Positions 1 through 13,919 of a stretch of DNA of 64,000 nt are shown piece by piece. The position numbers were made by a program, and so were the translations under genes. The stretch is from the human T2T-CHM13v2.0 reference genome, Homo sapiens. The stretch is from the NCBI RefSeq assembly GCF_009914755.1, contig NC_060931.1. One strand, given 5' to 3'. The notes below the pieces were generated by a model. That model saw only the letters and a program-made list of their open reading frames with translations. It was not told the origin of the DNA and did no database searches. Within the stretch, counting starts at the first letter, position 1. Each line of letters begins with the position of its first letter.

Positions 1-489
1 TTTATAGAGAGGAAGTACAGTGGTTCCAAGCCTGAGTGCTTTCTTAATTATAAGTTATCATGGTAAACAATGGCAATAGTGAATCATGAAACATTAACTT
101 GTCAACACCAAGGACTGACAGTCACTTTAAATCACCCTATGCAATGATGATGTTCACAAATTTGCTTGACTACCTTGATTGATATTAAGTATTTAACTAG
201 ACCTAAAATCTATAAGCACAGGGGGTTATGAGGAAAACATTTCATTTGAAGATATATTGGTTATACGGCATTAGATTTCACTGAATAATGGGAATAGTGA
301 TTATTGGCTTGCCTATGGAGCCCAGTTGTCATCAGCATGGGTCTGTGAAGGAAACTATTTCCTACTGCTACTCTCACATCAGCCTACTCCTGAGCTTTAG
401 AGGGATTTTGAAATCAAATTTTCAAGACTGCTGTTTCCATTGTTAATCTCTTATTGTCTACACTGTGTAGAAAATATATCATTAAAAAC

Positions 490-615
490 TTGCTATGTAG
501 TTTAAACTTTATAATAACTCTACAGTATATATTATACTGGAACCACTGTTTTACAGAGAAGAAACAAAAGTTCAAGGAGATTGGGTAGCTTGTCCAATGT
601 CACAGAATTAATAAT
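490..615 (-). mobile_element. MIR SINE fragment
   Basis: ttttacagagaagaaacaaaagttcaaggagattgggtagcttgtccaatgtcacag resembles the reverse complement of the MIR core (ttttacagatgaggaaactgagg...aacttgcccaaggtcacac); boundaries approximate. Confidence 0.6.
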
Positions 616-2687
616 AATGACAGAAAAATAAGAAACAGAAAACAAAAAAGGAATTAACTGATTTGTAGCTAGAACGTCTTATGCAGAGTGGTCTAAATAT
701 TATAAATATTTTGACCAAGGAGGTGAAATTTTTCAGATTGTTTTGGCAAATAAAGGACTATCTCTGGAGCTGTGATATTGTCAATCCCATTCAAACTCTA
801 TGACTAATAATGGAAAAGAGATGTTTCTAAGGAAATCTGGAGGCTATTAGAGAAACGGATGATCCATGAAAGAGTTGTGTTCGCTCACTGTAGCTAGTAA
901 ATGATGATGATTGCATTTCAACTTAGATCTATCTGTCTGATTTATAGTATATATGTATCTACTATGTAGACTAGACATACCAAGGGAATAAGAAAGTATG
1001 TATAGCCTCAGGACTAAGTATTTTAGAACTTCTTAAAGAAATTTAAGAAATTCACTTAACCAGTCATATGTTTGCTGTTACTGTCATAAAAGCAGTTAGA
1101 TAATAAAGAGATCATAACAAAATTTTTCAGATTTTATTATCCATTTGGGAATATCCCTTCACTGTATACAATATTAAATATATCTAGAGATGAGAAAAGA
1201 ATTTGCAATGTATATTCCAGAAAAATGAATTAAAGAAAGAGAAATTCTGAATTCCACAATTCCTGACACCATATGTAACTTTGTCAAAGGATGAGTAATT
1301 TAGGCTGTGTCATCTTTCTTCTATATGAAAATGTAAACATAAAATATAAAATATCACTGCAAATTTAGAAGAGCAGATACAAGCTTTCTTACTAATTGCT
1401 ACCTATGCACAGCAATCAAAGTGCCAAAATAGGAATAGAGATAATAGGGGGTGTTAAATGAAGACCAATATATGTCAGTGGTTTTGAATTCCTTATAACC
1501 AGGCAGTTACGTATTTCATTAGCTCTTCTGGCATTCACTGCTTTATCTAAGGGAGGTTTTGGAACTCAAGAAGCAGGCAGAATCAACATAAAAAAAGTTT
1601 AGGGGGAAACAATTTATAATAGATTTCATTACATGCTCAAAGGAAGACATGTCTAGAGAAGAATAAATATAAATTCAATTATTAATTAGCACTTAAAATC
1701 AGAGACAATGATTCTTATTTAGAGAGAAATGCCTCATAATTGATTTACTTGAGAGAAAAGGACATGAAAGTAATGCAGACTTTTTTTTGTTTTACTGTAT
1801 CTTCCATTTATTATTGGTTATCAAGGTGGGTAAATAAAATATTATGTGATGATTGAATTTTCATCATTGCTCAAGAAAATAAATAAAAAACAGAATAGCC
1901 AACACTGAAGGAAAAGGTAAATAAAATAGGTTATACTCATGCTATAAAACACTTTGTAGACCTTTTAAATTCTAAATTAGAGCTATACCAATTAGGAGAG
2001 TAGAGTTGCACGAAAAATCAAGATATAGTAGAGTATGTATTATATGTTCCTAATATATTAAGCAAACAAAACATGAAAATGACCCCAAAAACTCCTAAAA
2101 AGTATTGTATGTGTTTGTGTACCAGTGTGTGTACATAAAATAGTATCATAATGAAACATATCCCTAAATGCATAAAGATGTTTAAGATGAATTACTTTGT
2201 ATTGCTAAAGCAAGATAAGCTTATACAAATAAAGCAAGAGATGGAGGGTAAGAAGAATGCCAGCAAAATCAGAAAAGAAAAATAAATACTGCTCATATCA
2301 GAAATGAAAGAAGGGAAAAAAATGTAGTCCTGTAGAAAAATAACACTATAATATTAAGTGAAAAAGCAAGATAAAACTCTGAATATACTAAATTAGTTGC
2401 TTTATTAAAATATATTTAAAGGAACATGCATATAGAAATGTTGTTTTAGAAAATAGTATTTTATGTATAACATATATATAATATTGGTAAAATAGTGATG
2501 ATCTTTTGGTAATAATATTATGTTGATATGTGAATATTTATTTTCTGACACAAAATATTTGCTTGTGTAAATATGCATTTATAATGTAAATTTAAAATTT
2601 TCACAGGTTTTAAAAATCAGGTTATCATATAAAGATAAATTTAAAGATGCTCAAGAAAGACAATAATACTATGTCATGAAAAAAAAG

Positions 2688-2862
2688 AGGACTTTTGTAT
2701 CAGAGAATCTCAAATTCACATCTCACACCTGGCTGCATGAATGTGGGCAAGAATTTTCACTTCCTTAAGCGGTAGTATGTACTTCTATACAGTATATTAA
2801 AAAAGAAAAACTTACTTAAATTGTTGCAAAGATTAAATTAGGTCACTTATGTGAAGGTGTTT
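2688..2862 (+). mobile_element. MIR SINE fragment
   Basis: Degenerate MIR motifs (gctgcatgaatgtgggcaag...ttgttgcaaagattaaattag...atgtgaaggtg). Confidence 0.5.
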
Positions 2863-3343
2863 TCATTTATATTTATAAAATATAATAATAATCATAAACA
2901 GCAAAAAGGAAGCAAAATCAATTCCAAGAGCCAGATGGAAGACAATGAAAATAGAGAGAAATATAAGTACTAAAACAAGATTCAATAGCAAAATGGAAAT
3001 ATTTTGTGTAAAAAACTTCCATTTTAAAAATCAGTAGATGAATTAAATAATGGAATTTTTATTATTGCAACCTGAGTTTGTGGCCCAAATGATCAAATGA
3101 AAGCAACGTTTTGTACACACAATAAAAATACGAAGAGTTGCACATATAAGTCAGTGTCCTGTAGGACTGACACAGAAAAGGTGACTAAAACAATTCCCAC
3201 AACGAGCAAATAAAGGACAGGAAAGGATTTAAAAATTTAAAAATAATATCTCCATGAACTGAGAACTTGAATTTGAATAATGGAAGAGTCCCAAAATTTT
3301 AGATAAAATAGGAGGACAAAAAAACACATCTAGATATATGATA

Positions 3344-3575
3344 CATGTTCAACATTCCAAATCTGAAAATTTGAAATTCTAAATGTCCCCAAATGCAACA
3401 CTTTTTGGGCACCTATATGACACTCAAAGGAAATGCTCATAGGAACATTCAATTTGAATTTTTGAATTTGGGATGCTCAACTGGTATAATGTGATAATTC
3501 CAAAATCTAAAAAAATCTAAAATCTGAAATACTTCTGCTGGTCTCAAGCATTTCAGATAAGGGGTATTCAACCTG
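3344..3575 (+). mobile_element. Tigger4a/MER46A-type (Zombi) TcMar-Tigger MITE
   Basis: Begins ta|catgttcaacattcc and ends ggtattcaacctg (terminal inverted repeats). Internal atgacactcaaaggaaatgctcat and gggatgctcaac motifs match the remembered consensus. Confidence 0.8.
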
Positions 3576-3794
3576 CGTAATGATTCCTAAATTTCTGTCT
3601 AAAAATAAATATTGCAAGTTTTTATTCCAATTTTTTTTTCTTCAAAAAGGAAAAGAATGAAACTGACCTCATACTTCCCATCTATAATGTTAGACATTAA
3701 AGACAATGGAATAATATGTTCAGACAACTACTAAGAGAAAAAAAGACTGAGAATCTTACACTTAGTCATGGGATTACTTCCCTGTCACGAAAAG

Positions 3795-4168
3795 AATATG
3801 TGGAAGCTAAAAAAAATTTGATCTTATAGAAGTACAGAATAGAATAGTGGTTACTACAGACTGAGGAAGGTAGAAGGAAATGAGGGACAGGGAAAGGTTG
3901 GTAAAAGGACACAAAATTACAGGTAGATAGGAGGAATAAGGTCTACTGTTCTATAGCACTGAAGTGTCTATAAATAACAATAAGTATTGTATATTTAAAA
4001 ATAACTAGAAGGGAGGATTTTGAATTTTCCTAACACAAATAAATAATAAATGTTTATGGTAAAGGTTATGCTAATTACCCTGATTTGATTGCTGCACACT
4101 GTATGTATCAAAATATCATTCTGTATACCATAAATAGGCACACTTATTATGTGTCAATTTTTAAAAGT
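3795..4168 (+). mobile_element. L1MA-type 3' end (5'-truncated)
   Basis: agaatagtggttac...gataggaggaataag...gctaattaccctgatttgat...tatgtgtcaatttttaaaa is typical L1MA 3'UTR. Confidence 0.8.
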
Positions 4169-4820
4169 CATGTATTGATTCACAGCACGTAAACCATTAG
4201 GGCAAGATGCATGAGTCTTAGCAAACATTTAGATATATTACTTAAAAAAAAATGAACAGAGATTTTAGATTTTGGAAGATAATGAGGACTGATAACAGTG
4301 GTTAATAATACACAGCTTAATCTAAATCATTGACTAATGACTTAGCTGAATTGGGATTCTTGAGATGAAAGGGACACACTGTGTAGGGAATTATATTAGA
4401 GCCAAAGTGAAGTACTAAATTGTCTCAGATAAACTTAGTGGATCGATAAAATAAAGTCAGGTAAGTGTGGTAGAAGTATTCTAAATATTATGCTTATAGC
4501 AGATGAAAAGAAACAGTGGGTGAATTGTGTACATTGACTAGGTGAAATAATCAGTGCTTTGTTTTCAAATAATAGTAAGGAAAATGTTTTTGGTTGTCAG
4601 TGTTAGAAAAAGATACATAATTAACTGTAGGTAGACGATCTAATATAACTTACAATTTAATAAGGGAAATAAGTAATGACTGGTAACCTCATCAATTAAT
4701 AAGGATATAGGGGTTAAAAGGATGGAACAAACAGAAAGCTTATAAAATAGTAACTAAAAATGGATAATATAAAATCAATTACATCTGTCTTTATAGTACA
4801 GTTCAATGGACTGAGAGAGA

Positions 4821-5416
4821 TGTCAACCTTAAATAATGAGAGTCAGAATATATGACTCATTATAGAGTTTATTTGAGCCCAATACTGGGAATGACCATCT
4901 GGGAAACACAGACTTTAGAGAAATGGGGTAAGTGCTCCAAAGTTAAAAATTAAAGTCTTGCTTATATGAGAAAAAAAATTAACAGGTTTACAACATTTTC
5001 TATATGATGCTGGTTTATACAACTGTTTTATTAGTTAATTTTTGTCAAAGCTTGTTTTTTTCTCTTTACATCTGTTTATATTTCTTTACTAATTTAAAAA
5101 TATGTTTAACATTTTATTGTAGGATGATATGATAGTTATGAAGTATTTGTGTGAGAAAGATAAGAGGGAAATTAATCTATAATGAAGATGAACAGTAAAG
5201 AGTAAAGGGGTCTTCACTGTGCCCTTTAGTCATTTGCAATATTTTACAAAACAATGTAATTAAGGAAGAAGACTAACGTATAATCAGAGAAATAAAGGTT
5301 ACTGCTGCCTAGGTTATATGGCCTGTCCTGTGACTCAGGTTTCATAATCACATTCCTTTAAGACTTTAAACACTTAAAGTTCCAACAGCTTGGATTTTGA
5401 ATTACTTATATTCATG
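4821..5416 (-). mobile_element. ERV1/MER4-group solo LTR (MER89-like)
   Basis: Minus strand starts ...tgaatataagtaattcaaaatccaagctgttggaactttaa and ends ...ggttgaca, with AATAAA near the 3' end. Possible agaga target-site duplication (TSD) at 4816-4820 / 5417-5421. Confidence 0.7.
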
Positions 5417-6164
5417 AGAGAGTGGGAGAGAAAAAGAATTTCAGGTTACATTAAAAGGACTATTAAGAAATGTGTTTCTTCATAAGAACCATAAATAAGA
5501 AAGTGGTGAGGAAAGGTTAAAAGTAAATAAATACATAGAAGGTGAAATAATACCTAGCAAAGAGCAACAATTGGGTGAAGTGATCATGTTATTATCTAAG
5601 AACATGATCTTAAAATTAGAGGCATTAAGAGGGGAAAAATATATCATTAGAAAAATAATTTATGAAGATGTTATGGCAGTCAGAGCTGTAACTACACCAA
5701 ATAACAAAGAGTTAAAAGTATTTAGTTTGAAAAGGCAAATGAAACTAAGTAAAATCAGAATAAAAATTTGATTTTGATGTAACTTTTTTGAATTATATAG
5801 GTCTATTACACAAAAATATGGAAAAACAGAGTGATTAAATAACAATGAACCTGTTATATACATCCTAAAAATAGAGAATAAAAACATACTTTATGGAATG
5901 TCCTTGAAATATTTCCAAAAACTAATTTAGTAGTTGGCCACACACACACAAAAAGAACCTGACTAAATTTAAAATGTAAGGGCTTTGCAAGCTATATCCT
6001 CTGTTCACAAGACAAAATTGGGAGCGAAAGAAAATATTTTTTAAAAGTCCTTAACTTCATAATAATTAAACAACATGAACCTAATAGTGCTTGAGTTAAA
6101 GATAATGACAAACCTGTCATAAACTTAAATAACTTACTAAAAAACAAAGAATAAAAAATAAAAA

Positions 6165-9100
6165 GGAGGGGACAAGATGGCTGACTAGAAGCAGCTGCTG
6201 TTGGTGGCTCCCACCGAGAAGAATGCAAATGGTGAATGGATCCTGCACCTTCAGCTGAAGTATCGGGGTTCTCTTATTGAGAATTACTAGGCAGTTGGCA
6301 CAACCTACAGAGAGTGAGGAAAAGAAGTATAGAACAATGGCCCACCTGGGAGCCGCATAGGGCAAGGGGAGCATCCACCCCCAGCCAAGGGAAGCAGTGA
6401 GTGATAGTGCTATCCCACCAGGAAACCTCACTGTTTCCACAGATCTGTGCATCCCATGGATCAGGAGATACCCTTATGAGCCCATGCTTGGGGTCCAAGC
6501 ATAGAGCTATAGAGACAGTCAGCAGCCACTTGTATTGCAGCCAGTGGCAGCAGGCTGGAGACTGCCTAAACTGATTGAGTTCTGGGGGAAGTGGTGGCGG
6601 TGATCACTGTGGCTCCAGTCTGCCATTTGCCCCTGCTAGTGCCAGGAGACTGGACAGTTTGAACTGGGAAGATTTTCCTATGGCGCAACACAGTGGCTGT
6701 GGCAGATCGTGGCCAAACTGCTTCTTTGGGTGGGACCATGATCCATTTCCCCTCACCGGGTAAAGCCACCCTGCAGGAATTTTAGCAACTCCACCCATGG
6801 GTTTATGGACAGAACTCTGATCTCCCTGGGACAGAGCCCCTGAGGGAAGGGCTGCTGTGGTCTCCACGGCTCAGTGGACTTAGTCTTTCCTGCCTGCTGG
6901 CTCTGAAGAGGCCAGGCAGTCCAGACAAGGGGGATTCCTCCCAACACAGTGCACCGACACCTCCAAAAGGCAGCCAGTTCTTCATTAAGTGGGTTCCTGA
7001 TCCTATCACTCCTGACTATGTGAGATCCCCCTGTAGGAGTCACCAGACACCTTATACAGGAGCATTCCCACCAGCATCAGGTCAGTATCCCTCTGGGATG
7101 GAGCTCCTTGAGTAAGGAGCAAGCAGCCATCTTTGCTGTTTTGCAGCCTCTGCTGGTAACACTAACAAGAGTGGGAGGGACACAGGTGAATAGGGTCTGG
7201 AGTGGACCCCCAGCAAACCGCAGCAGCCCTATGGAAGAGGGGCCTGATAAAGGAAAACAAACAAACCAAAAGCAAAGCAACAACAATATCAACAAAAAAG
7301 ATCCTACAAAAATCCCATCCAAAGGTCAGCAGACTCAAAAATTGAAGGTAGATAAGCTCACAAAGAGGAGTAGAAAACAATGCAAGAAAACACCGAAAGC
7401 TCAAAAAGCCAGAGTGCCTCTTGTACTCCTAATGATTGTAACACATCTCCAGCAAGGGCACAGAACTGGGCTGAGAGTGAGATGGATAAACCGACAGAAA
7501 GAGGCTTCAGAAGGTGGGTAATAACGAATTTCACTGTGCTAAAGGACTATCTTCTAACCCAATGCAGAAAAGCTAAGAAACATAATAAAACATTACAAGA
7601 GCTGTTAACCAGAATAACCAGTTTAGAGAGGAATATAAATAACCCGAAGGAGCTAAAAAACACAACAGGATAGCTTAACAATGCAACCACAAGTATCAAT
7701 AGTCAAATAGATCAAGAGGAGAAAAGAATCTCAGAGCTTGAAGACTATCTTGCTGAAATAAGACATGAAGGCAAATTAGAGAAAAACATAATAAAAAGGA
7801 ATGAACAAAACATCCAAGATCTATGGGATTTTGTAAGAACACCGAACCTATGATTGATTGGGGTACCTGAAAGAGACAGGGAGAACAGAACCAAGTTGGA
7901 AAACATACTTCAGGACATCCAAGAGAATTTCTCCAACCTAGCAAGACAGGCTAACATTCAAATTTAGGGAATCCAGAGAACACCAGTAAAATACTCCATG
8001 AGAAGATAACCCCCACAAACATAATCATCAGATTCTCCAAGGTCAAAATGCAAGAAAAAATGCTAAGGGCAACCAGAGAGAGAGGTCACGTCACCCACAA
8101 AGTAAAACCCATCAGACTAACATCAGATCACTCAGTGGAAACCCTATAAGCCAGAAGATATTGACGGTCAATATTCAATATTATTAAAGAAAATAATTTC
8201 CAACCAAGAATTTCAGATCTGGCGAAACTATGTGTGAAACATTAGCGAAGGAGAAATAAAATCCTTTTCAGACAAGCAAATGCTGTGGGAGTTTATCACC
8301 ACAAAGCCTGCCTTGCAAGAGCTCCTGAAAGAAGCACTAAATATGGAAAGGAAAAACCATTACTAGCCACTACAAAAACACACTGAAGTACACAGACCAA
8401 CAACACTATGAAGCAACTACATTAACAAGTCTGCAAAACAACCAGTTTACATCATGATGATAGGATCAAATTAACACATAACAATATTAACCTTAAATGT
8501 AAATGGGCTAAATGCCCCAATTAAAAGACACAGACGGGCAAGCTGGATAGAGTCAAACTCATTGGTGTGCTGTATTCAAAAACCAATTTCATGTGCACAC
8601 ATAGGTTCAAAAAAAAGATGAAGGAAAGTTTACCAAGCAAATGGAAAGCAGAAAAAAAGCAGAGGTTGAAATCCTAGTTTCTTACAAAACAGACTTTAAA
8701 CCAACAAAGATCAAAAAAAAGACAAAGAAGGGCACTACATAAGGATAAAAGGTTTAATTCATCAAGAAGAGCTAACTATCCTAGATATATATGCATCCAA
8801 TACAGGAGTACCCAGATTCATAAAACAAATTCTTAGAGTCCTACAAAGAGACTTGGACTCTCACACAATAATAGTGAAAGACTTTATCACTCCACTGTCA
8901 ATATTAGACAGATCATCAAGGCGGATAATTAGCAAAGATATTCAGAACTTGAATTCAGCTTTGGATCAAGTGGACGTGACAGATATCTACAGAACTCTCT
9001 AACGAAAAACAACAAAATATACATTTTTCTTGCCACCACATGGCACTTACTCTAAAATTGATCACATAACTGGAAGTAAAACACTCCTCAGCAAATTCGA

Positions 9101-12100
9101 AAGAACTGAAATCATAACAGTCTCTCAGACCACAGTGTAATCAAATTAGAACTCAAGATTAAGAAACTCACTCAAAACTACACAACTACATATAAATTGA
9201 ACATCATGCTCCTGAATGACTCCTGGGTAAATAACAAAATTAAGACAGAAATCAAGAAGTTATTTGAAACTAGTGAGAACAAAGAGACAAAGTATCAGAA
9301 CCTCTGGGATGCAGCTAAAGCAGTGTTAAGAGGGAAATTTATAGCACTAAATGCCCACATCAAAAAGCTAGAAAGACGTTAAATCTACATTCTAACATCA
9401 CAACTTAAAGAACTAGAGAACTAAGAGCAAACAAACCTCAAGGGTAACAGAAGACAAGAAAGAACCAAGATGTGAGTGGAACTGAAGGAGATGGAGACAC
9501 TAAAACACTTCAAAAAAATCAATGAATCCGTTTTTATGAAAAAATTAATAAAATAGACCATTAGCTAGACTATTAAAGAAGAAAAGAGAGAAGAATCAAA
9601 TGGATACAATAAAAAATAATAAAGACCATATCACCACTAACCCCACAGAATTAGAAACAACCATCAGAGAATAATATAAACACCTCTATGCAAATAGAGT
9701 AGAAAATCTAGAAGAAATGGATAAATTCCTGGACAGGTACACTCTTCCAAGATTGAACCAGGAAGAACCTGAATCCCTGAATAGACAAGTAACAAGTACT
9801 GAAATTGTGGTAGTAATAAATAGCCTACCAACCAAAAAAAACAAAAACAAAAACACAGGACCAGATAAATTTAGAGCTGAATTCTACTGAATATACAAAG
9901 AAGAGCTTGTACCATTTTTTTCTGAAATTATTCCAAACAATTGAAAAGGGGGGACTCCTCCCTAACTCATTCTATGAGGTCAGCATCATCCTAATACCAA
10001 AACTTGGCAGAGATAAGAGAAAAAAAAAACAAAAACTTTAGGCCAATATCCCTGATGAACATAAATGCAAAATTCCTCAATAAAATACTGGCAAGCCAAA
10101 TCCAGCAGCACATCAGAAAGCTTATACACCACAGTCAAGTAATCTTAATCCCCAGGATGCAAGGCTTGTTCAACATATTCAAATCAATAAATGTAATTCA
10201 TCACATAAACAAAATTAAACACAAAAACCACACATGATTATCTCGATAGACGCAGAAAAGCCTTTAGATAAAATTCCACATTCGTTCATGTTAAAAACTC
10301 TCAATAAAGTAGGTACTAAAGGAACATACCTCAAAATAATTAGAGCCATTTATGATAAATTCACAGCCAATATCATACTAAATGGGTAAAAGCTGGAATT
10401 ACTCCCCATAAAAACTGGCACAAGACAAGAATGCTCTCCCACCACTCCTATTCAACATAGTATTTGAAGTTCTGGCCAAGGCAATCAGCCAAGAGAAAGA
10501 AATAAAGGGTATTCAAATAGGAAGAGAGGAAGTCAAATTTTCCCTCTTTGCAAATGACATGAACCTATTTCTAGAAAACTCCATCAACTCAGCACAATAG
10601 CTTCCTAAGCTGATAAGCAACTTCAGCAAAATCTCAGGATACAAAATCAATGTTCAAAAATCACAAGCATCCCTATAAACCAACAACTGACAAGCACAGA
10701 GCCAAATAATGAGTGAACTCTTATTCACAATTGCTTAAAATATGTAAAATAAAATAGCTAGGAATACAGCTAACAGGGGAAGTGAAGGACCTCTTCACAG
10801 AGAACTATAAACCACTGCTCAAGGAAATGAGACATGACACAAACAAATGGAAAAACATTCCTTGCTCAAGGATAGGAAGAATCAATATCATGAAAATGGC
10901 CATACCGCTCAAAGTAATTTATAAATTTAATGCTATTCTCATTAAACTACCATTGACATTCTTCACATAATAAGAAAATTAAATCTATTTTTAGATTCAG
11001 AGTGAAGCAAAGAAGAGCCCATATTCCCAAGAGAATCTTAAGCAAAAAAACAAAGCTGAAAGCATCACACTACCTAATTTCTAACTATACTACAATGCTA
11101 CAGTAACCAAACAGCACGGCACTGGTAGAAAAATAGACACATAGACAAATGTGACAGAATAGGGAACTCAGAAGTAATTCTGCACATCTACAACCATCTG
11201 ATCCTTGACAAACCTGACAAAAATAAGCAATGGGGAAAGATTCCCTATTTAATAAATGGTGCTGGGAGAACTTGTTAGCCATATGCAGAAAATTGAAACT
11301 CGACCTGTTTTTTACACATTATATGAAAAATAACTCAAGATAAATTAAAGACTCAAATGTGAAACCTAAAACTATAAAAGCTGTAGAAGAAAATCTAGGC
11401 AATACCATTCAGGACATAGGCATGGGCAAAGATTTCATGATTAAAACATCAAAAGCGATTTCAACAAAAGCAAAAGTTAACAAATGAGATCTACTTAAAC
11501 TAAGGAGCTTCAGCACATCAAATGAAACTACCATCAGAGGGAACAGACAACCTCCAGAATAGGAGAAAATTTTTGCAATCTATCCATCAGACAAAAGTTT
11601 AATATCCAGAATCTACAAGGAACCTTAACAAATTTACAAGAAAAAAGTAACCCCATTAAAAAGTGGGCAAAGCCATGAACAGATATTTCTCAAAAGAAGA
11701 CATCTGTGCAGCTAACAAAGAAATGAAAACAAGCTCAACATCACTGGTCATTAGAGAAATGCAAATCAAAACCACAATGCGATACCATATCACACCGGTC
11801 AGAATGATGATTATTAAAAAAAAAAAAAACAAGAAACAACAGGTGCTGGAGAGGCTGTGGAGAAATAAGAACGATTTTACACTGTGGTGAGAATGTGAAT
11901 TAGTTCAACCATTGTGAAAGACAGTGTGGTGATTCCTCAAATACCTAGAACCAGAAATACCATTTGACCAAGCAATCCCATTACTGGGTATATACCCAAA
12001 GGAATATAAATGATTCTATTATAAAGATATGTGCACATGTATATTAATTGCAGTACTATTCACAATAGCAAAGACATGGTATCAACCCAAATGCCCATCA

Positions 12101-12497
12101 GTGATAGACTGTATTAAGAAAATGTGGCACATATACACCATGGAATACTATGCAGCCATAAAAAGGAATGAGATCATGTCCTTTGCAGGGACATGGATGG
12201 AGCTGGAAGCTACTATACACAGCAAACTAATGCAGGAACAGAAAACCAAACAATGCATGTTCTCACTTATAAATGGGAGGTGAACAATGAGGACACATAG
12301 ACATATGGAGGAGAACAACACACACTGGGGATTGTCGGGGGTATGGGAAAAAGGAGGGAGGGCATCAGGAAAAATAGCTAATGTATGCAGGGCATAAAAC
12401 CCAGGATAGGTGCAGCAAATCACCATGGTACCCATTTACCTATGTAACAAACCTGCACATTCTGCACATGTGTCCTGGAACTTAAAATAAAATAAAA
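6165..12497 (+). mobile_element. Full-length, decayed primate LINE-1 (about L1PA8-L1PA13 age): 5'UTR, ORF1, ORF2, 3'UTR, A-tail
   Basis: 5' ggggacaagatggctgactagaagcagc. ORF1 from about 7365; ORF2 from about 8454 (atgatgataggatcaaat) to 12283. ORF-track peptides [27 protein letters not shown] and YTMEYYAAIK are L1 ORF2. 3' end cctatgtaacaaacctgcacattctgcacatgt...aaaataaaataaaa. Many stops and frameshifts. Confidence 0.97.
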
Positions 12498-12499
12498 AG

Positions 12500-13030
12500 T
12501 TAAAAGAAATAGTAAAAGTCTTAGAATATTAAAATAAATAAAAAAAGAGAAATATGAAATGGAAGTATTTTTTATAATAGAAAATATAGGATAAAATGCA
12601 ATCAATACATATATAAGAGGATAGATAAATGATAGATATGATAATAATTCTAATACAATAATTAGATGATTTGAAGATACTAGAATATTTTAAGTAATCA
12701 GAATAAACCTAATATTTTGATAAGGTTAGTAATTAGATAAACATTGCTGAACTTTTCAAATGAGAAATAAGGAGAACAAAAAAATTAGTTGTGAGGAAAG
12801 AATAACCACAGATACTGAAAATATTTAAAAAGCAATATGGGATTATTATAGGAAATTATATGGCAACACATTTGAAAACCCCCCAAAGTGGACAGTTGTT
12901 CAACAAAATATATATTACTAAAACTGGCACACAAATTAAGAAGAAATATGAATAAAATAATCTGAAAAGGTCTTAGAAGCATGATTACAGAAGTATCATA
13001 TAAAATAAACATAATAAAATCAACTTGCCA
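12500..13030 (+). mobile_element. Ancient L1M ORF2 fragment (continuation of the host element)
   Basis: gattattataggaaattatatggcaacacatttgaaaacc...aaaactggcacacaaa resembles old L1 ORF2. Confidence 0.5.
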
Positions 13031-13514
13031 CCGTATCTTTAAGGTTTAAATAAATTTATTACATTAACAATTTGCAAAAACATATAGGTGTAGTCAGAAA
13101 CTCCCCAATAATATCAGTTGCATTTTCTTTTTCTCTTACTTTAATGGTGTTGTACAAGATGGACTATCTTTTTCTGTGCTAGAGTTTTTGGCTACTTTTA
13201 ATTGGCTGTTTTTAACTCATCCAGCTAAACTTTCTAAATTTACCTTCTAGGTAGTTTAGCTGCATAAGCAGCTTTCTACTCATTTCTCTCTACTTGCAAT
13301 TTTTCTGCTAAGAGTGACGTTTGATAATGAGATGACATTAAGGCCCAGAAGAAGAGGAAGAGGAAATAATATTTTGCTTTTGCCACACTTGTAAAATAGT
13401 GTCATTAAGGAAAGTTTAGAACTACACATTTTTTGGTTAGTAAATATACTGCATCCCAAGTTAAGTGTAAAAAATGACAGTAAATTTGAATTATGTTACT
13501 TGTTTCTTAATCAT

Positions 13515-13625
13515 TATGTCAATAAATATTCTTAAGAACCTCTTTTGTGACATGCACTGTGATTGTTAGGGAAACATATGAGAACAAGCCAGATCCACTT
13601 CCTGTTTTGTGGGGTTTGCATATGT
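13515..13625 (-). mobile_element. L2 3' end fragment
   Basis: tcaataaatattcttaagaacctc...gcactgtg...gagaacaagccaga resembles the reverse complement of the L2 3' tail. Confidence 0.4.
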
Positions 13626-13919
13626 ACATGTATTGGTAGTATCTGGCCTTAAAGGATTACAGATAGGCCTTAAAATATTTGGCCCAAATGTGTACTTCCA
13701 AATCACCTTCCACTGATATATAAAAAAAATAAAATTTCGTCTTTCATTTTCACATGGTCAAAGTGCTTTACAATTTGTCTAGATTTTATATATTTTTGGG
13801 GTGATTTGTAGGATATATTTTATGTACACTTACATTGCCATCACACTCATTCAGTCTTTATTTTATTTTTATATAGGAACACAGTGATGCACATTTTGCT
13901 TAATTTAATCCATACATCC

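Larger units (their letters stand above)
2880..6164 (+). mobile_element. Ancient, highly diverged L1M (ORF1 end to ORF2 endonuclease region), interrupted by younger elements
   Basis: A-rich L1-like sense sequence. ORF2-start-like motif near 4770-4815 and endonuclease-like stretch 5420-6160. Appears to resume after the full-length L1 at about 12500. Confidence 0.5.
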
